Assembly: GCF_902713615.1 (NCBI RefSeq) | Contig: NC_052158.1 | Coordinates: 13,326,546-13,390,545, forward strand | Reading direction: 5' to 3' | DNA length: 64,000 nucleotides | Source of the DNA: Scyliorhinus canicula | Lineage: Eukaryota | In this document: one piece after another, positions 50,801 to 61,789 of the stretch | Position numbering within the stretch: position 1 is the stretch's first letter | Layout: the number at the start of each line of letters is the position of its first letter | Notes under the pieces: generated by a model | The model's input: only the letters and a program-made list of their open reading frames with translations | Told to the model about the DNA's origin: nothing | Databases searched by the model: none | Made by a program: the position numbers and the translations under genes

Positions 50801-53800
50801 GGACGGTTTGTAGCCTAAGAAGGCCCTGACCGCTTTCAGCAGCTGCATGATTGCGCTCAAACCTAACTCTGGTTCCAAGAGGAGCACGTCATCCCGTCCA
50901 GCTTTTGGCATCTCACATAGCGATCACCAGGGGTTCAATTGCTGGGGCAAACAGGACGGGGACAGAGGGCATCCCGGCCATGTGCCTCTGTGCAGGTGAA
51001 AGTATTCAGAGCTAGTGGTGTTGGTCCGAACGCTCGCCTTGGGGGTGTTTTACATGATTTTCACCCAGGTGAACCCTGCTCCTAGTCCAAACCGCTCCAG
51101 TACTTCAAAGAGAAACTTCCACTCGACTCTGTCGAAGTCCTTTTCTGCATCTAGGGAGTCAATGACCTCTTGTGTTCTCTCCAGGGGTGGGAGGAGGGTT
51201 ATTATTACATTCATCAGCCACCTGATGTTCGACGTTAGCTGCCTACCCTTGACAAAGCCCGTGTGGTCCTCTACCACAATGTCTAGTATACAGATCTCCA
51301 GTTAGGATTTTCGCGGGTACCTTCATGTCTTCAGTAAATGGGTCTGTACGACCTGCATTCCGTGGTGTTTTGTCTTTTTTGGGTATCAGCGATATTGTGG
51401 CCTGTGTTAGCAGAGGAGGCAGGGTGCCCCTCCCTAGTGGGTCTGTGAACATATCCCTTAGGTGTGGTCCCAGGTCCGGCGCAAATATTTTATAGAGGTC
51501 CACCGGGAACCCATCAGATCCTGGTGCCTTCCCGGCCTGCATGGGGCTGATGCAGTCCATGATTTATCTCAGACCTGTTAGTGCTTCCAGTCCCCCCCTC
51601 CTCCCGCCGGCCCTCCCCCACAAGAGGCATATCCAGTCCATCGAGGGACTGTTTCATCCCCGCGCCCCCGTCGGGGAGCTTGGAGGTGTACAGCCTTCGG
51701 TAGAAGATGTGAAATGCCCGGTTGACCACTTTGGGTTCAGTTACCAGTCTGCCTCTGCTATTTCTACCTGTGCTATCTCCCTCGTGGCTGCCTGCTTTCT
51801 CAGCTGGTGAGTCAGTAGGCGGCCAGCTTTTTCTCCGTGTTTGTAGAAGGTCCCCTGTGTCTGGCAGAGTTGGTGCACTGCTTTCCTGATGTGTAGCAGG
51901 TATTTTTTTTGCAGTTTTTTTGTCTCCGCCAGCAGCTCTACGGTCGGGGCCTGGGAGTACCTTCTGTCAACCACAAGGATGGAGTCGATGAGTTGCTGCC
52001 TGGCTGCCCACTCTTCCCTTTCTACGAGCGTTATAGGCTATAATTTCTCCCCTTTTCATGGCCTGCAGTGCCTCCCAGTGCCCGTCTCCAACCTACATCC
52101 ATGTAGTGTGGGGCATGTTTGAAGATGACTGTCACGGAATATTCCGCTCTTACTATTCCTCATTTCCCCACTGGAAAGAAGTCGATCCGGATGCATACCT
52201 TGTGGACCAGTGAGAAGAATAAGAATTCCCTCTCACCAGGGTGCAGGAACCGCCATGGGCCCCGTCCCCATCTGTTCCATGAATGTTCCCAGCTCCCTAG
52301 CCATGCTTGTCTTTTTTCCCGTTCTGGGGTTTGATGGGTCAGTCAGCGGGTCCTGAATGCAGTTAAAGTCGCCCCCCGCCCCCCAACATGATCAGTTAGC
52401 ATGTGTCAATGTCCGGCATTTCCGCCATGGTCTTCTTTAAAACGTCTGTGTCATCCCAGTTGGGCATGTAAACATCTCAGGCACCGCTGAACAATATGTA
52501 CTGTCCCCTTCTGTCCGCAACCATCTTCGTCCTCTTGATAATCAGCGTGGCTACTCCCCTAGCCCTTGTTCCGGAACATGAATGGTGCGTCTGTCCCACC
52601 CAGCCTTTTCTTACCCGCAGTCGGTCCTTCCCCCTCATTTGATTCTCCTGCATGTGGGCCTTTATACTACTTAAGTGCGTGAACACTCTGGATCATTTGC
52701 CTGCACCGTTAAGAACCTTACCATTGTAGATGATGATCCTGACGGGGGGTTTCTGTTGCCGTTCCTGCGGGGTCGCAGGACGCGCCCCTGCACTCCGGGT
52801 TTTCCCATTGTGCAGGGGGCACCCAACATCGCCGCCAACTATATGTCCGCCACGTGGTGTGCTTCTGCACTCCGGGATTTCCCTTTATTTAAGGACTTTC
52901 CAAAGTAGCTGCTTGCGGCGCCATCTTGTTTCTTCGGCCTGCTCTCTGCCTGCCAAAGACAATCCCGGTGCCGACTCTTTTTCCGTCCTGTTTCCCACAT
53001 ATTCTTTGTTCGCTCCCAGCATCTCCCCTTGCCCCCCATCCCCCCACCCTCTCCTCCCCGTTCTCCCACCTTGCTCCCCCCCCCCCCCCCCCCCCCTCAG
53101 GCCAGGAGCTCCCGCCATGCTGGAGAGAAAACTGCCTGTTTTCCCGTGCTAGCCCTCCCCGGTAGTAGGTCCACCCCAGGGCTGTTCGACTACAACTATT
53201 AATGTGATTGATCCGTTATATTGCGTTAAATGTAATCGCCGACTGTTGCGATTCATTATTCCCGCCAGTGGAACACTTCAGCCCGTGGGTGTCCCGGCGG
53301 CGTGAGGTGACTTCACTGGGAAAACCCGCTGACAAGCGGCGGAAAAACAGAATCCTGGCACCAGTGAACGGTGAGCCGCGAAGAAACAAGCAGCTGGGGA
53401 ACCATAGATACAACCCATTGTGCGAATGTAGGGTTGGGCGTGAAAAATGGGACCCTGGGAAGCTGAGAGAGCAGCCTGAACCTCTGAATCTTTAATCCTA
53501 CTTAGCACCAAGTAGCAATAAAATCAGTTTGGCGCTTCTATCATTGTAAACATATCCAATGTACTTCATAGGAGTCATTAGACAAAATTTTATAACGAAT
53601 CGCAGAGGGACGTGTTAAGCCCGTTGGCAGCTGCTGTGGAGTGAAGTAGAGGGGAAACCAGAAGAACAGAACAGCAGCAAAGTATAAGGCAAAGTTGCCA
53701 TAGTCCCAGATGACCATAGGCTGTTTTCCCCTTTGAAGGGGAGAGCTAATTTAACCTGAACATCATCACACCTCAGGGGCAAGGTTAAGAGGGCGGGACT

Positions 53801-56800
53801 TGGCGAATAATCTCATCCCGTGCTGTTGGCCACGCGTTGCATCACGAACCAGCGGCCTAGCCAAGTGCACTAAACAGGCCACGTAGCAAAGTCGAACACC
53901 ATCAGAACTACAAGAGCGCAAAATCATCTGTGCTGCACTGCATTCAAGTAGATGTTATTTTTTAAAAAATCATAACATTACAGGGTCATGATAGAAATTG
54001 CAGGTTATTGAAACCTAGTAAACCTCAGTGTTTCAAATGTCAGTCATTTTCTCCAGTGCCAAGCTTGTTCTTGAACGTTCCAATGTTTTTTTTAAAGTTG
54101 CATTATAAGATTATTAACGATAAACTGCGAATAATATGATTTGTAAAGTAAAAGGGCCAGTTAATGAAGAAATATATTCCGTTCTTAAAGTTTTTCTATA
54201 GTTTTGACGGTCGTATTTGGATTGTTAGTTTTGTTTTAGTTTAAACAGATCTAATAGATTTTAAAATTTTTACAGCTCAAGCAACTGGAGCCCAAACTGT
54301 AAACGAGGTATGCACCATAATTTATTGAACACTCTTGATTTGCACTATTATGGATTACCATTGTAGCGGTGTCTTCTTCAGTAATATGATTCACGTTGCA
54401 CGAAGCCACAGGATCAGAACCACTGAATCACAGAAAATACAGTGCAGAAAAGGTCCTTCGGCCCATCGAATCTGCACTGACACATGAAATATACCTGACC
54501 TACCTACTCATCCTATGTGCCAGCATCTGGTACGTAGAATATCACGATGTGCCATGAGCTCATCCAGGTACGTTGTAAAGGATGTGAGGCAATCCGCCAC
54601 TACCACCCTCCCAAGCAGTGCATTCCAGACCGCCAGCACACTCTGGGTAAAGAGATTTTTCCTCACATCCCCTGAAACGAAGTGGAAGCCCGGTTTGTGA
54701 GCTGGAGCGGCGGCTGGGGGCACTGTGGAGCATCAGAGAGGCGGAGAGTGCCATGGATGGCACAAGTAGAGAGGTGGTCACACCGCAGGCTCAGAGTCTG
54801 CAGGCAGGAATAGAATGGATAACCACAAGGCAAAGCAAGAGAGCTAGTCAGACAGTGCATGAATCTCCTGTGGCCATTTCCCTGCAAAACAAATATACTG
54901 CTTTGGATACGGTTGTGGGAAATGACTTCATGGGAAAGCAGCAGCAGCAAATCCGTTGTACCACGGATGGTTCTGCTGCTGATGGGAGGTGCAAAACGTG
55001 TGTGAATGCAATAGATATAGGGAATTTGATTGTAAGGTGATTTGATTGTAACAGGAATGGATAGACATTTCTGTGTCTGCAAATGAGACGACAGAATGAT
55101 ATGTTGCATTCCTGCTGCTCGGGTCAAGGATATCTAGGAGTGGTTACAGAAGATTCTGGAGGGAGAGATGGAACAGCCAGTGGTCGTGATGCTCGTCGGC
55201 ACCTACGACATTGGGGAAAAAAGTGATGAGGTCCTAAAAGCAGATAGCGGGAGTTAGGAAGTACATTGAGAAGTCGTACGGGGAAGGTAGTGGTCTTATG
55301 TTTACTACCAGTGCCATGTGCCAGTCTGGGTAGAAATAGCACGATACATCGGATGAATACATGGCTGAAGAGATGGTGTGAGGGGGAGGATTTCAGATTC
55401 CTGGGGCATTGGGACCAGTTCTGGGGTAGATTGGACCAGTACAAACTGGATGGCTTACACCTAGTCACGACCTGGACTGATGTCCCAGCGGGAGCATTTG
55501 CTCGAGTGGTTGGGGAGGGTTTAATCTTACGATGGGAATCCATACAAGGACTCAGAGGAGGAGGAAAGTAGAACAAAAACAAAATACAGAAAGTGGAATA
55601 AAAACAAATGATTGGCAGATAAAGCAAGGGCCAGATTCAAACAGAACCACAATGAAAAATATTGGGAGCGAGACATGTAATGTTAAAAGACATGGTAAAA
55701 GGCTTTGTACCTTTACTGTGGGCAGCACGGTAGCACAGTGTGTAGCACTGTTACTTCAAAACTCCAGGGTCTCAGGTTCAGTTCCTGGCTTCGGTCACTG
55801 TCTGTGCGGAGACTGCATGTTCTCCCTGTGTCTGCGTGGCTTTCCTCCGGGTGCTCGGTTTCCTCCTACAAGTCCCGAAAGACGTTCTGTTGGTAATTTG
55901 GACATTCTGATTTTCTTCCCGTGTAACTGAACAGGCGTCGAAATGTGACGACTAGGGGCTTTTCACAGTAACTTCATTGCAGTGTTAATGTAATCCTACT
56001 TGTGACGATAAAGAATATTATTATTAAAGTTTTTGAAATTATAAATGCGTTGAGCATTCACAATAAAGTAGATGAACTCACAACGCAAATAGATGTAAAT
56101 GGATATGATATAATCGAGATTATGGTTGCAGGGTGACCAGAGACGGAAACTGAATGTCCTGGGGTATTCAGTATTTAGGAAGGACAGATAAGAAGGTAAA
56201 GACATGGATTGGCAGTCCTACTTAAAGAGTAAATTGACGTAATATTGAGGAAGGATATTAGTGTTGACAATGTGGAATCTGTATGGGTAGAGTGAGAAAC
56301 ACCAGAGGGCAAACAACATTGGTGGGTATTATATGTTCACCCCAAACTGCAGTGATGACGTTGGGAATAGCATTAAATAGGAAATGAGTATTTTAATCTG
56401 CTTATAGATTTGGAAAATCAAATTAACCACAAAGCCATAGAGATAAAATTCCTGGAGTGAATATGGGACGGTTTTCTGGACAAACATGTTGAGGAGCCAA
56501 CTAGAGAACAGGCCATCCTAGACCGGAAAGTGTGCATTGAGAACAGAGTAATTGGTAATCTAGCTGAGCGAGACAACTTGGGGATGACGAATGTTTCATG
56601 AAAGAATTTTTCATCAAAATAGTGTGTGAAGTAGCTGATTCTGAGACTCGGGTTCCGAATCTGAATAAATTTAACTACGATGATATGAGGCATAAATTGG
56701 CTTTTGTTCGATTGGGGAATGGTACTTGAAGGGATGACACTGGCTAGGCAATGGGAAACATTCAAGGAGAGCAGAGGGGAACTGCAACAATTGTTTATTG

Positions 56801-58755
56801 CTGTCTCGTGCAAACGTAAAATGGGCAAGATGGGCAATCCATGGCTTACAAGAGAAATTAGAGATGGCATTTGATCCAAGGAAGAAGCATATAAGCTGGC
56901 CAAGAAAAACAACAGGTCTGAGGATTGCGAGCAGTTTAGATTTCAGCAAAGAAGGATCATGGTGTTGACTAAGAAAAGGAAAATAGAGTATGAACGTAAG
57001 CTTGAAAACAAAATGGAAACTGATTGCAAAGGTTTCTATAGGTACATTAACAGAAAAAGAGTATTGAAAATACATATATTTTTGTCTGTACCGAGGTACA
57101 GTAAAAAGTATTATTCTGCGTACACTTCAGACAGATTATTCCATATATGAAAAGAAAATATCTTGAGAAAACATAAAATACACTATGTAAATACATAGAC
57201 ACAGACATCGGGTGAAGCATACAGGAGTGCAGTACTACTCAGTAGAGAAGATGTCTGAAGCGATCAGATCAGTACATAAGAGGGACGTTTTGGAGTCTGG
57301 TAACAGTGGGAACGACACTGTTTTTGAATCTGTTAGTGCATGTTCTCAGACGTTTGTATCTCCTTCCCGATTGAATAAGTTGGAAGAGGGAATAAGTCGT
57401 GGGAGGGGTTGATTATGCTGCCCGCTTCCCCAAGGCAGCGGCAGGTGTGGGCAGAATCAATGGATGGGAGGCGGGTTCCTTTGATAGCCTGGGCGGTATT
57501 CACGACTCTCTATAGTTTTAGTTCGTTCTTGGGCCAAGCTGTTGCCATACCAAGCTGTGATGAAGCCAGATAGGGTGCTTTCTATGGTGCATCTGTAAAC
57601 GTTCGTAAGAAAAAATATGGACATGCCGAATTTCCTGAGTTTTATGAAAAAGTATAGCTGCTGCTGTTTCTGGGTCGTAGTGTCGACGGGCTGGAGCAGG
57701 ACAGGTTGTTACTGATGTGCACGCCTGGGAATTTTAAGTTTGCAGTATCTCCACCTCGGCCCCATTGATGCAGACAGGGGTATGTACGATACTTTGCTCC
57801 CTGAACTCAATGGCTAACTATTTAGATTTACTGACATTGAGGGAGAGATTCTTGTCGTTACAACACTCCTCTAGGCTTTCTATCTCCCTCCTGTATTCTG
57901 ACTCAACATTGTTCGAGATCCGACCTACTATGATCATGATCTCAGAAAATCGGTAGATGGAGTTGGAGCCACATTTTGCCACCCAGTTGTGTGTGGAGGG
58001 AATATAGTAGGGGGCTAAGTATGGGCCCAGTATTGAGGACTATCTTGGAGGAGATGTTGTTTATCCTTACTGATGGTGGTCTATGGGTCAGAAAGGCAAG
58101 GAGAGTTGCAGAGTGAGGAGCCAAGTCTTAGATTTTGGACATTTGATACGAGCTTCTTAAATTGGGCCATGTTGTGGTCACTTTCACTAAAACGCTCCCC
58201 CACCCCGACCTCAATAAATTTCGGCTTCATTCCCAAGAATTACGTCCAGCACTGCTCCGCCCCTTGTTGGACCCTCTGCATGTTGACCTAAAAAGTTATC
58301 ATGTGTACATTGCGGGATTTCCCATTGCCACTACCCCACACCATCGGAAAACCCGAGGGAGGAGGTGTGCTGCCGGTGGGAACAGAGAATCTCAACGGCC
58401 TGCAACATTTTGCTTATTTCTGAAGCTAGGTGTTGTGCTGCGCCTTTCTAAATGTTGAAAAAAATTATCTGTTTCATTTAAGGAGGAAGACACGTCGGAC
58501 ACTCTTATTTATACAGACCTTAACATCAGCCATGCCCGAGCTGAACGGATTGCGTTCGAGAGGGCGAGGCCACGCAAACAGCGTAAACATCGAACAGCGA
58601 GTGGATCGGTGCCACTTCCAGACGGACGTGCAGAACCGATTATATACGCGGCACTGCACCACACAGGTTGCGATAAGGAACTGGTTCAGTTCGGGCCCAT
58701 GCAGAGCGTCGGAAGGAGTGAAGAGGAAACCATATACTCGACAGTGCGAGTGTAG
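38815..58755 (+). CDS. NCR3: NKp30/NCR3-family single VJ-type Ig-domain receptor, ITIM/ITSM-bearing; join(38815..38857,42302..42655,48222..48359,54276..54307,58483..58755), 279 aa
   Basis: Manual splicing: five coding exons, all GT-AG, junction phases 1,1,1,0, total 840 nt ending TAG at 58753-58755. Architecture is signal peptide, V domain, TM, long tail. V-domain motifs (IGSLIWYKD, NCTEYMGRV, YYCEVELNIGGKGTGEGTNVTV) align by eye with human NKp30 (IGSVTWFRD, NGTPEFRGRL, YVCRVEVLGLGVGTGNGTRLVV). The symbol means family member, not proven 1:1 orthologue. Confidence 0.85.
38900..39118. repeat. (CA)n/(TA)n microsatellite patches in intron 2
   Basis: Direct reading. Confidence 0.8.
39149..39497. 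mobile_element. hAT-superfamily MITE (Tip100-like TIR CAGGGCCGGT), 349 bp
   Basis: Perfect 10-bp TIRs and a perfect 8-bp TSD GCTGGCGA (39141-39148, 39498-39505). Confidence 0.9.
40330..40800 (-). mobile_element. CR1 3' fragment
   Basis: ccagaactggacacaatactccag and CR1 tail motifs. Confidence 0.7.
40825..41375 (+). mobile_element. Two V-SINEs (40825-41000 type C end; 41117-41375 CR1 tail)
   Basis: Heads, cores and tails read directly. Confidence 0.8.
42302..42655 (+). CDS. NCR3: Exon 3: VJ-type Ig V domain
   Basis: Acceptor tatgcttacag|, donor AAGC|gtgagt, 354 nt phase 1-1. Canonical B-strand Cys, C-strand Trp, ExGxYYC and J-like GxGTxVTV. Confidence 0.95.
43140..44200 (-). mobile_element. 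CR1 fragments in intron 3
   Basis: CR1 tail (43140-43225, apparently + strand) and reverse RT-end motifs. Confidence 0.65.
44590..45310. mobile_element. GC-rich non-autonomous DNA-transposon-like element with terminal hairpin
   Basis: GC/CpG-rich island within AT-rich intron, poly-C run and an inverted repeat at 45214-45309; family not identified. Confidence 0.4.
48222..48359 (+). CDS. NCR3: Exon 4: stalk plus transmembrane helix LLMFSVLVFVLLALIVIILTYTL plus HRCRPP
   Basis: Acceptor ttgcttactctctaaag|, donor CCAG|gtaatt, 138 nt phase 1-1; 23-aa hydrophobic run (48272-48340) followed by basic stop-transfer residues. Confidence 0.85.
48640..50180 (-). mobile_element. CR1 fragments with a nested short SINE (49237-49412, +)
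   Basis: Reverse VYCVQFWSTCYKND CR1 motif; SINE ends (tttca)n. Confidence 0.75.
50185..53180 (-). mobile_element. L1-clade element, 5' end present, multiply internally deleted, antisense in intron 4
   Basis: ORF1 start (MAGAPG...), EN motif RVRKGWVGQTHHSCSGTRARGVA, RT GFVKGRQLTSNIR / SLDAEKDFDRVEW, and PLSLARRV...RFLFLF; A-rich 3' end. Confidence 0.85.
53683..53876 (-). mobile_element. tRNA-SINE-like repeat (same family as 4808-4958)
   Basis: Mutual similarity. Confidence 0.6.
54276..54307 (+). CDS. NCR3: Exon 5: 32-nt cytoplasmic mini-exon (A)QATGAQTVNE
   Basis: Acceptor aaaatttttacag|, donor GAG|gtatgc; converts phase 1 to phase 0 exactly as needed to link exons 4 and 6. Confidence 0.7.
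54410..54680 (-). mobile_element. CR1 3' end
   Basis: Reverse RKNLFTQSVLAVWNAL. Confidence 0.8.
54690..57070 (+). mobile_element. CR1 LINE 5' part: ORF1 with SGNH-esterase domain plus ORF2 endonuclease, interrupted by a V-SINE (55718-56015)
   Basis: SPVAISLQNKYTALDTV; NTWLKRWCEGEDFRFLGHWDQFWGR...DGLHL; LN..SIHNKVDELTTQID..GYDII. Confidence 0.85.
57070..58150 (-). mobile_element. Rex1/Babar LINE, second copy
   Basis: Collinear with 25505-26620, with internal deletions. Confidence 0.85.
58483..58755 (+). CDS. NCR3: Exon 6: cytoplasmic tail with ITIM LIYTDL, ITIM IIYAAL and ITSM TIYSTV, then stop
   Basis: Acceptor gtttcatttaag|; phase-0 frame open for 90 codons (EEDTSDTLIYTDL...EPIIYAAL...EETIYSTVRV*). 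Confidence 0.85.
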   Translation, partial: EEDTSDTLIYTDLNISHARAERIAFERARPRKQRKHRTASGSVPLPDGRAEPIIYAALHHTGCDKELVQFGPMQSVGRSEEETIYSTVRV

Positions 58756-58844
58756 TGTTTGTTGCAAAATGCCGTGTTTTTTTCAATTGAAGGCATGCTA
58801 TTAATTTTAACCACGCGGTTATTACGTTTAACCAAAGTTTCTTT

Positions 58845-60570
58845 CAGACCATAAGATGGTCCTAGGCCCATTTGGCCCATCGAGTCTGCTCCGTCGTTCT
58901 ATAATGGCTGATATGTTCCTCATCCCCATTCTCTTGCCTTTTCCCAATAACCCATGATCTACATATTAATCAAGAACTCCCCTTATTAATCAAGAAACCA
59001 GAATTGTGCTTGAGGTGCTGTTACCTACAGGGCTACTGAACTGCAACTAGAAGCAGGAGCAGGCAATTTAGACTCTCGAGTATGCTCCACCATTAAATAC
59101 GTTCAGGGTGATCTCATCGTGGCCTTACCTCCATTGTCCTGCTAGTTCTCTGTAACCTTTCAACCTATTACCAATCAAAGATCTGTCTAACTCTTCCTTA
59201 AATTTACTCATTGTCCCTGCATCCACCACACACTGGGGTAGCGAATTCTACAGATTCACAACCATTTGAGAGAAGTAGTTCCTCCTCATCTCTGTTTTAA
59301 ACTTCCTTCCCCTTATCTCGATACTGTGAATTCTTATTCCAGTATGTCCCACAAGAGTAAAAATCCACTCCACATCTACTGTATCTGTACCTTTTATCGT
59401 CTTACACACCTGAATTTGATCTCCCCTCATTCCTCTCAACTCTAGATAGTATGTGCCTAAACTGCTCAACCCCTCTTCATAGGACAAACACCTCAACTCT
59501 GGAATCAACCCTTCTCTGAACTGCCTCCAATGCCACTATATCTTTCCACCAATTTGGGGGCAGCACGGTAGCACAAGTGGCTAGCACTGTGGCTTCACAG
59601 CACCAGGTTCCCAGGTTCGATTCCCCACTGGGTCACTGACTGTGCGGAGTGTGCATGTTCTCCCCGTGTCTGCGTGGGTTTCCTCCGGATGCTCCGGTTT
59701 CCTCCCACAGTCGTGCAGGTTAGGTGGATTTGCCATGCTAAATTGCGCTTAGTGTCCAAAAGGTTAGGTGGGGTTATTGGGTTACGGGGATAGGGTGGAG
59801 GTGAGGGCTTAAGTGGGTCGGTGCAAATTCGATGGGCCGAATGGCCTCCTTCTGCACTGTATGTTCTATGTTTAAAGGGAGCAAAACTGTGCACAATACT
59901 CCAGGCGCGCTTTAACCAATGCCTTGTATAGTTACAACAAGATCCCTTTACCTTTATGTTCCATTCCCTCAACTATAAATACCTACATTCCATTCACTTT
60001 CTTTGTTATCTGCTGTACTGTCATGCTAGTTTTCTGCAACTCATGTGGGAGGACACCCAGATCCCTCTGTACCAGAGCACCCTGAAGTTCTTACCCACTT
60101 CCATAATAAGTTGCCTTCCTATTTTACAGACCAAAATTCATGACCTCACACTTATCCACATTAAACTCCGTCTACCACATTTTGGCCCATTCTCCTAACC
60201 TCATTGCAACTTACTGTGCCACCTATTTCAGTGTAATCTCAAAATGTGGCTATAGGACCTTCTATCCCTGTATCCAGGTCGTTAATATATATTGTAAAAG
60301 TTGGGACCCAAGGCACCCCACTAGTTGCATCTCATCATTCAAAAAGGACACATTTATCTGGACTCTCTTTTGTAAGTGATCCGGTCTTTTATCCAAGCTA
60401 ATAAATTACCTCGAACCCCAATTGTGTCGTAACCTTCAGTGCAGCACCTTATTAAACATCTTCGGAAGTCGAGATGTACTACATGCACAGGATCCCCATC
60501 GTCCAATTTGCTTGTTATATCTTCAAGAACTCCAGCAAATTAGTCAAAAATGATCCTCTCTTAGTATTCA
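58845..60570 (-). mobile_element. CR1 fragments with a nested V-SINE (59556-59872, +)
   Basis: Reverse ORF IPELRCLSYEEGL...EMRRNYFSQMVVNL. Confidence 0.8.
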
Positions 60571-60917
60571 ATGTCCGTTAGAATGAGGACCAAGTAACAT
60601 TTTTTATGATATTGTTACGCTGGCATTATTCCATCTTGAAGACTAATCACATGAACATTCTGTAAATCAAACTATAATAAACATTTTTCGGTGAAGGAAT
60701 GTTGACAAAAAGGGAAATATTCCAACAGGACTTTAATGAATTCAAATCGTTGCGTGATTTCAATGCAATAATTTGAAAGCACGTTGAACTGCCGCTAAAT
60801 ATCCTTCACTTGTATCTCTTCCCTGGATTAAATCAACATCTCCTGTTCTGTTTGTGATTCTTTATTGATGTTCCTTCAAATGTGTGTAATTTATCCAAGA
60901 GGGATTGCAAGGGCGAT

Positions 60918-61200
60918 GTAGCATCCTGGTAATGTCACTGAGTTAATAATCGCTCGGAGCAAATGCTTCCATAGCAAGGCGTACAAACTAAATTCACTGG
61001 AAAGAAATCTGAGATTGGAATTGAAAGGAAATCTTCGGAGGCTGTTAGGGGTCGGGTAGCACGGAATCCGCCCTGCCCGCCCTGCTCTACATGTGACTCC
61101 ATTGCTGTGCCCCAGCAAGCATCTCAGTTCAAAGGCAACGGGGATGGGCAACAGATGGTGTTCGTGCTGGAGATGTACACAACCCACGAAAAATAAATTT
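60918..61200 (+). mobile_element. tRNA-SINE with L2-type tail
   Basis: ggtaatgtcactgag head; tail cagttcaaaggcaacggggatgggcaa shared with the L2-like LINE 3' end at ~8770-8810. Confidence 0.6.
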
Positions 61201-61789
61201 TAAAAAATCAATCAAGTTCTGGAATAATCAGTAACTTCCTGTCCGCTTTTGGATTTAAATTGATTCTACGTACGAGCAGACAGAAATGTCAGCGCACAGA
61301 CATGCCCGCTGTAAGGGTATTTAAACTCTCGGTCTAGTTTTTGCACCTGATTTCCTTCCACCGCTGCGCTAAACCTCCTGTATTCCAAATACAGGGACAG
61401 TGCTGACTTGGCCGTCTGCCCAGATGTTAGGCGCTCACTAACGAAATAGAACTGTATCCCACAGCAAGGGCGTAAACCACGTGTTTCCTGGCGCTTACAC
61501 CTACAAGGAACACAACTGTATCTAACGTGACTATGGTGAGATAAGGGGACTCAGCGGTGAATGCACGGCTGAGGCCGCATGTACACCGTGATTTAACGGC
61601 CACGTCACACTGGAATGAGAGCGCGACAGGGCTGCAAGATTGTGGGAGCGGCCAAAGACGAGAAGTACGCTACGTGCCGATTGGTTTGCAATGTACCAGG
61701 CCCGCTACCATTGGTTAAATCAGGACCCGCCATGGCGTAGCGAGAATCCAATAATAACCACTCACGAACAATCTTCATACAATTAATGG

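Noticed and set aside
58430-58804. 124-aa + ORF and 97-aa - ORF over the last exon
   Set aside because: Wrong frames; the motif-bearing frame starts at the acceptor 58483 and lacks an early Met.
58756-61200. Polyadenylation site of the receptor gene
   Set aside because: No AATAAA in unique sequence near the stop; candidates (ATTAAA ~59090, AATAAA ~60400 and ~61195) lie in repeats and cannot be assigned.
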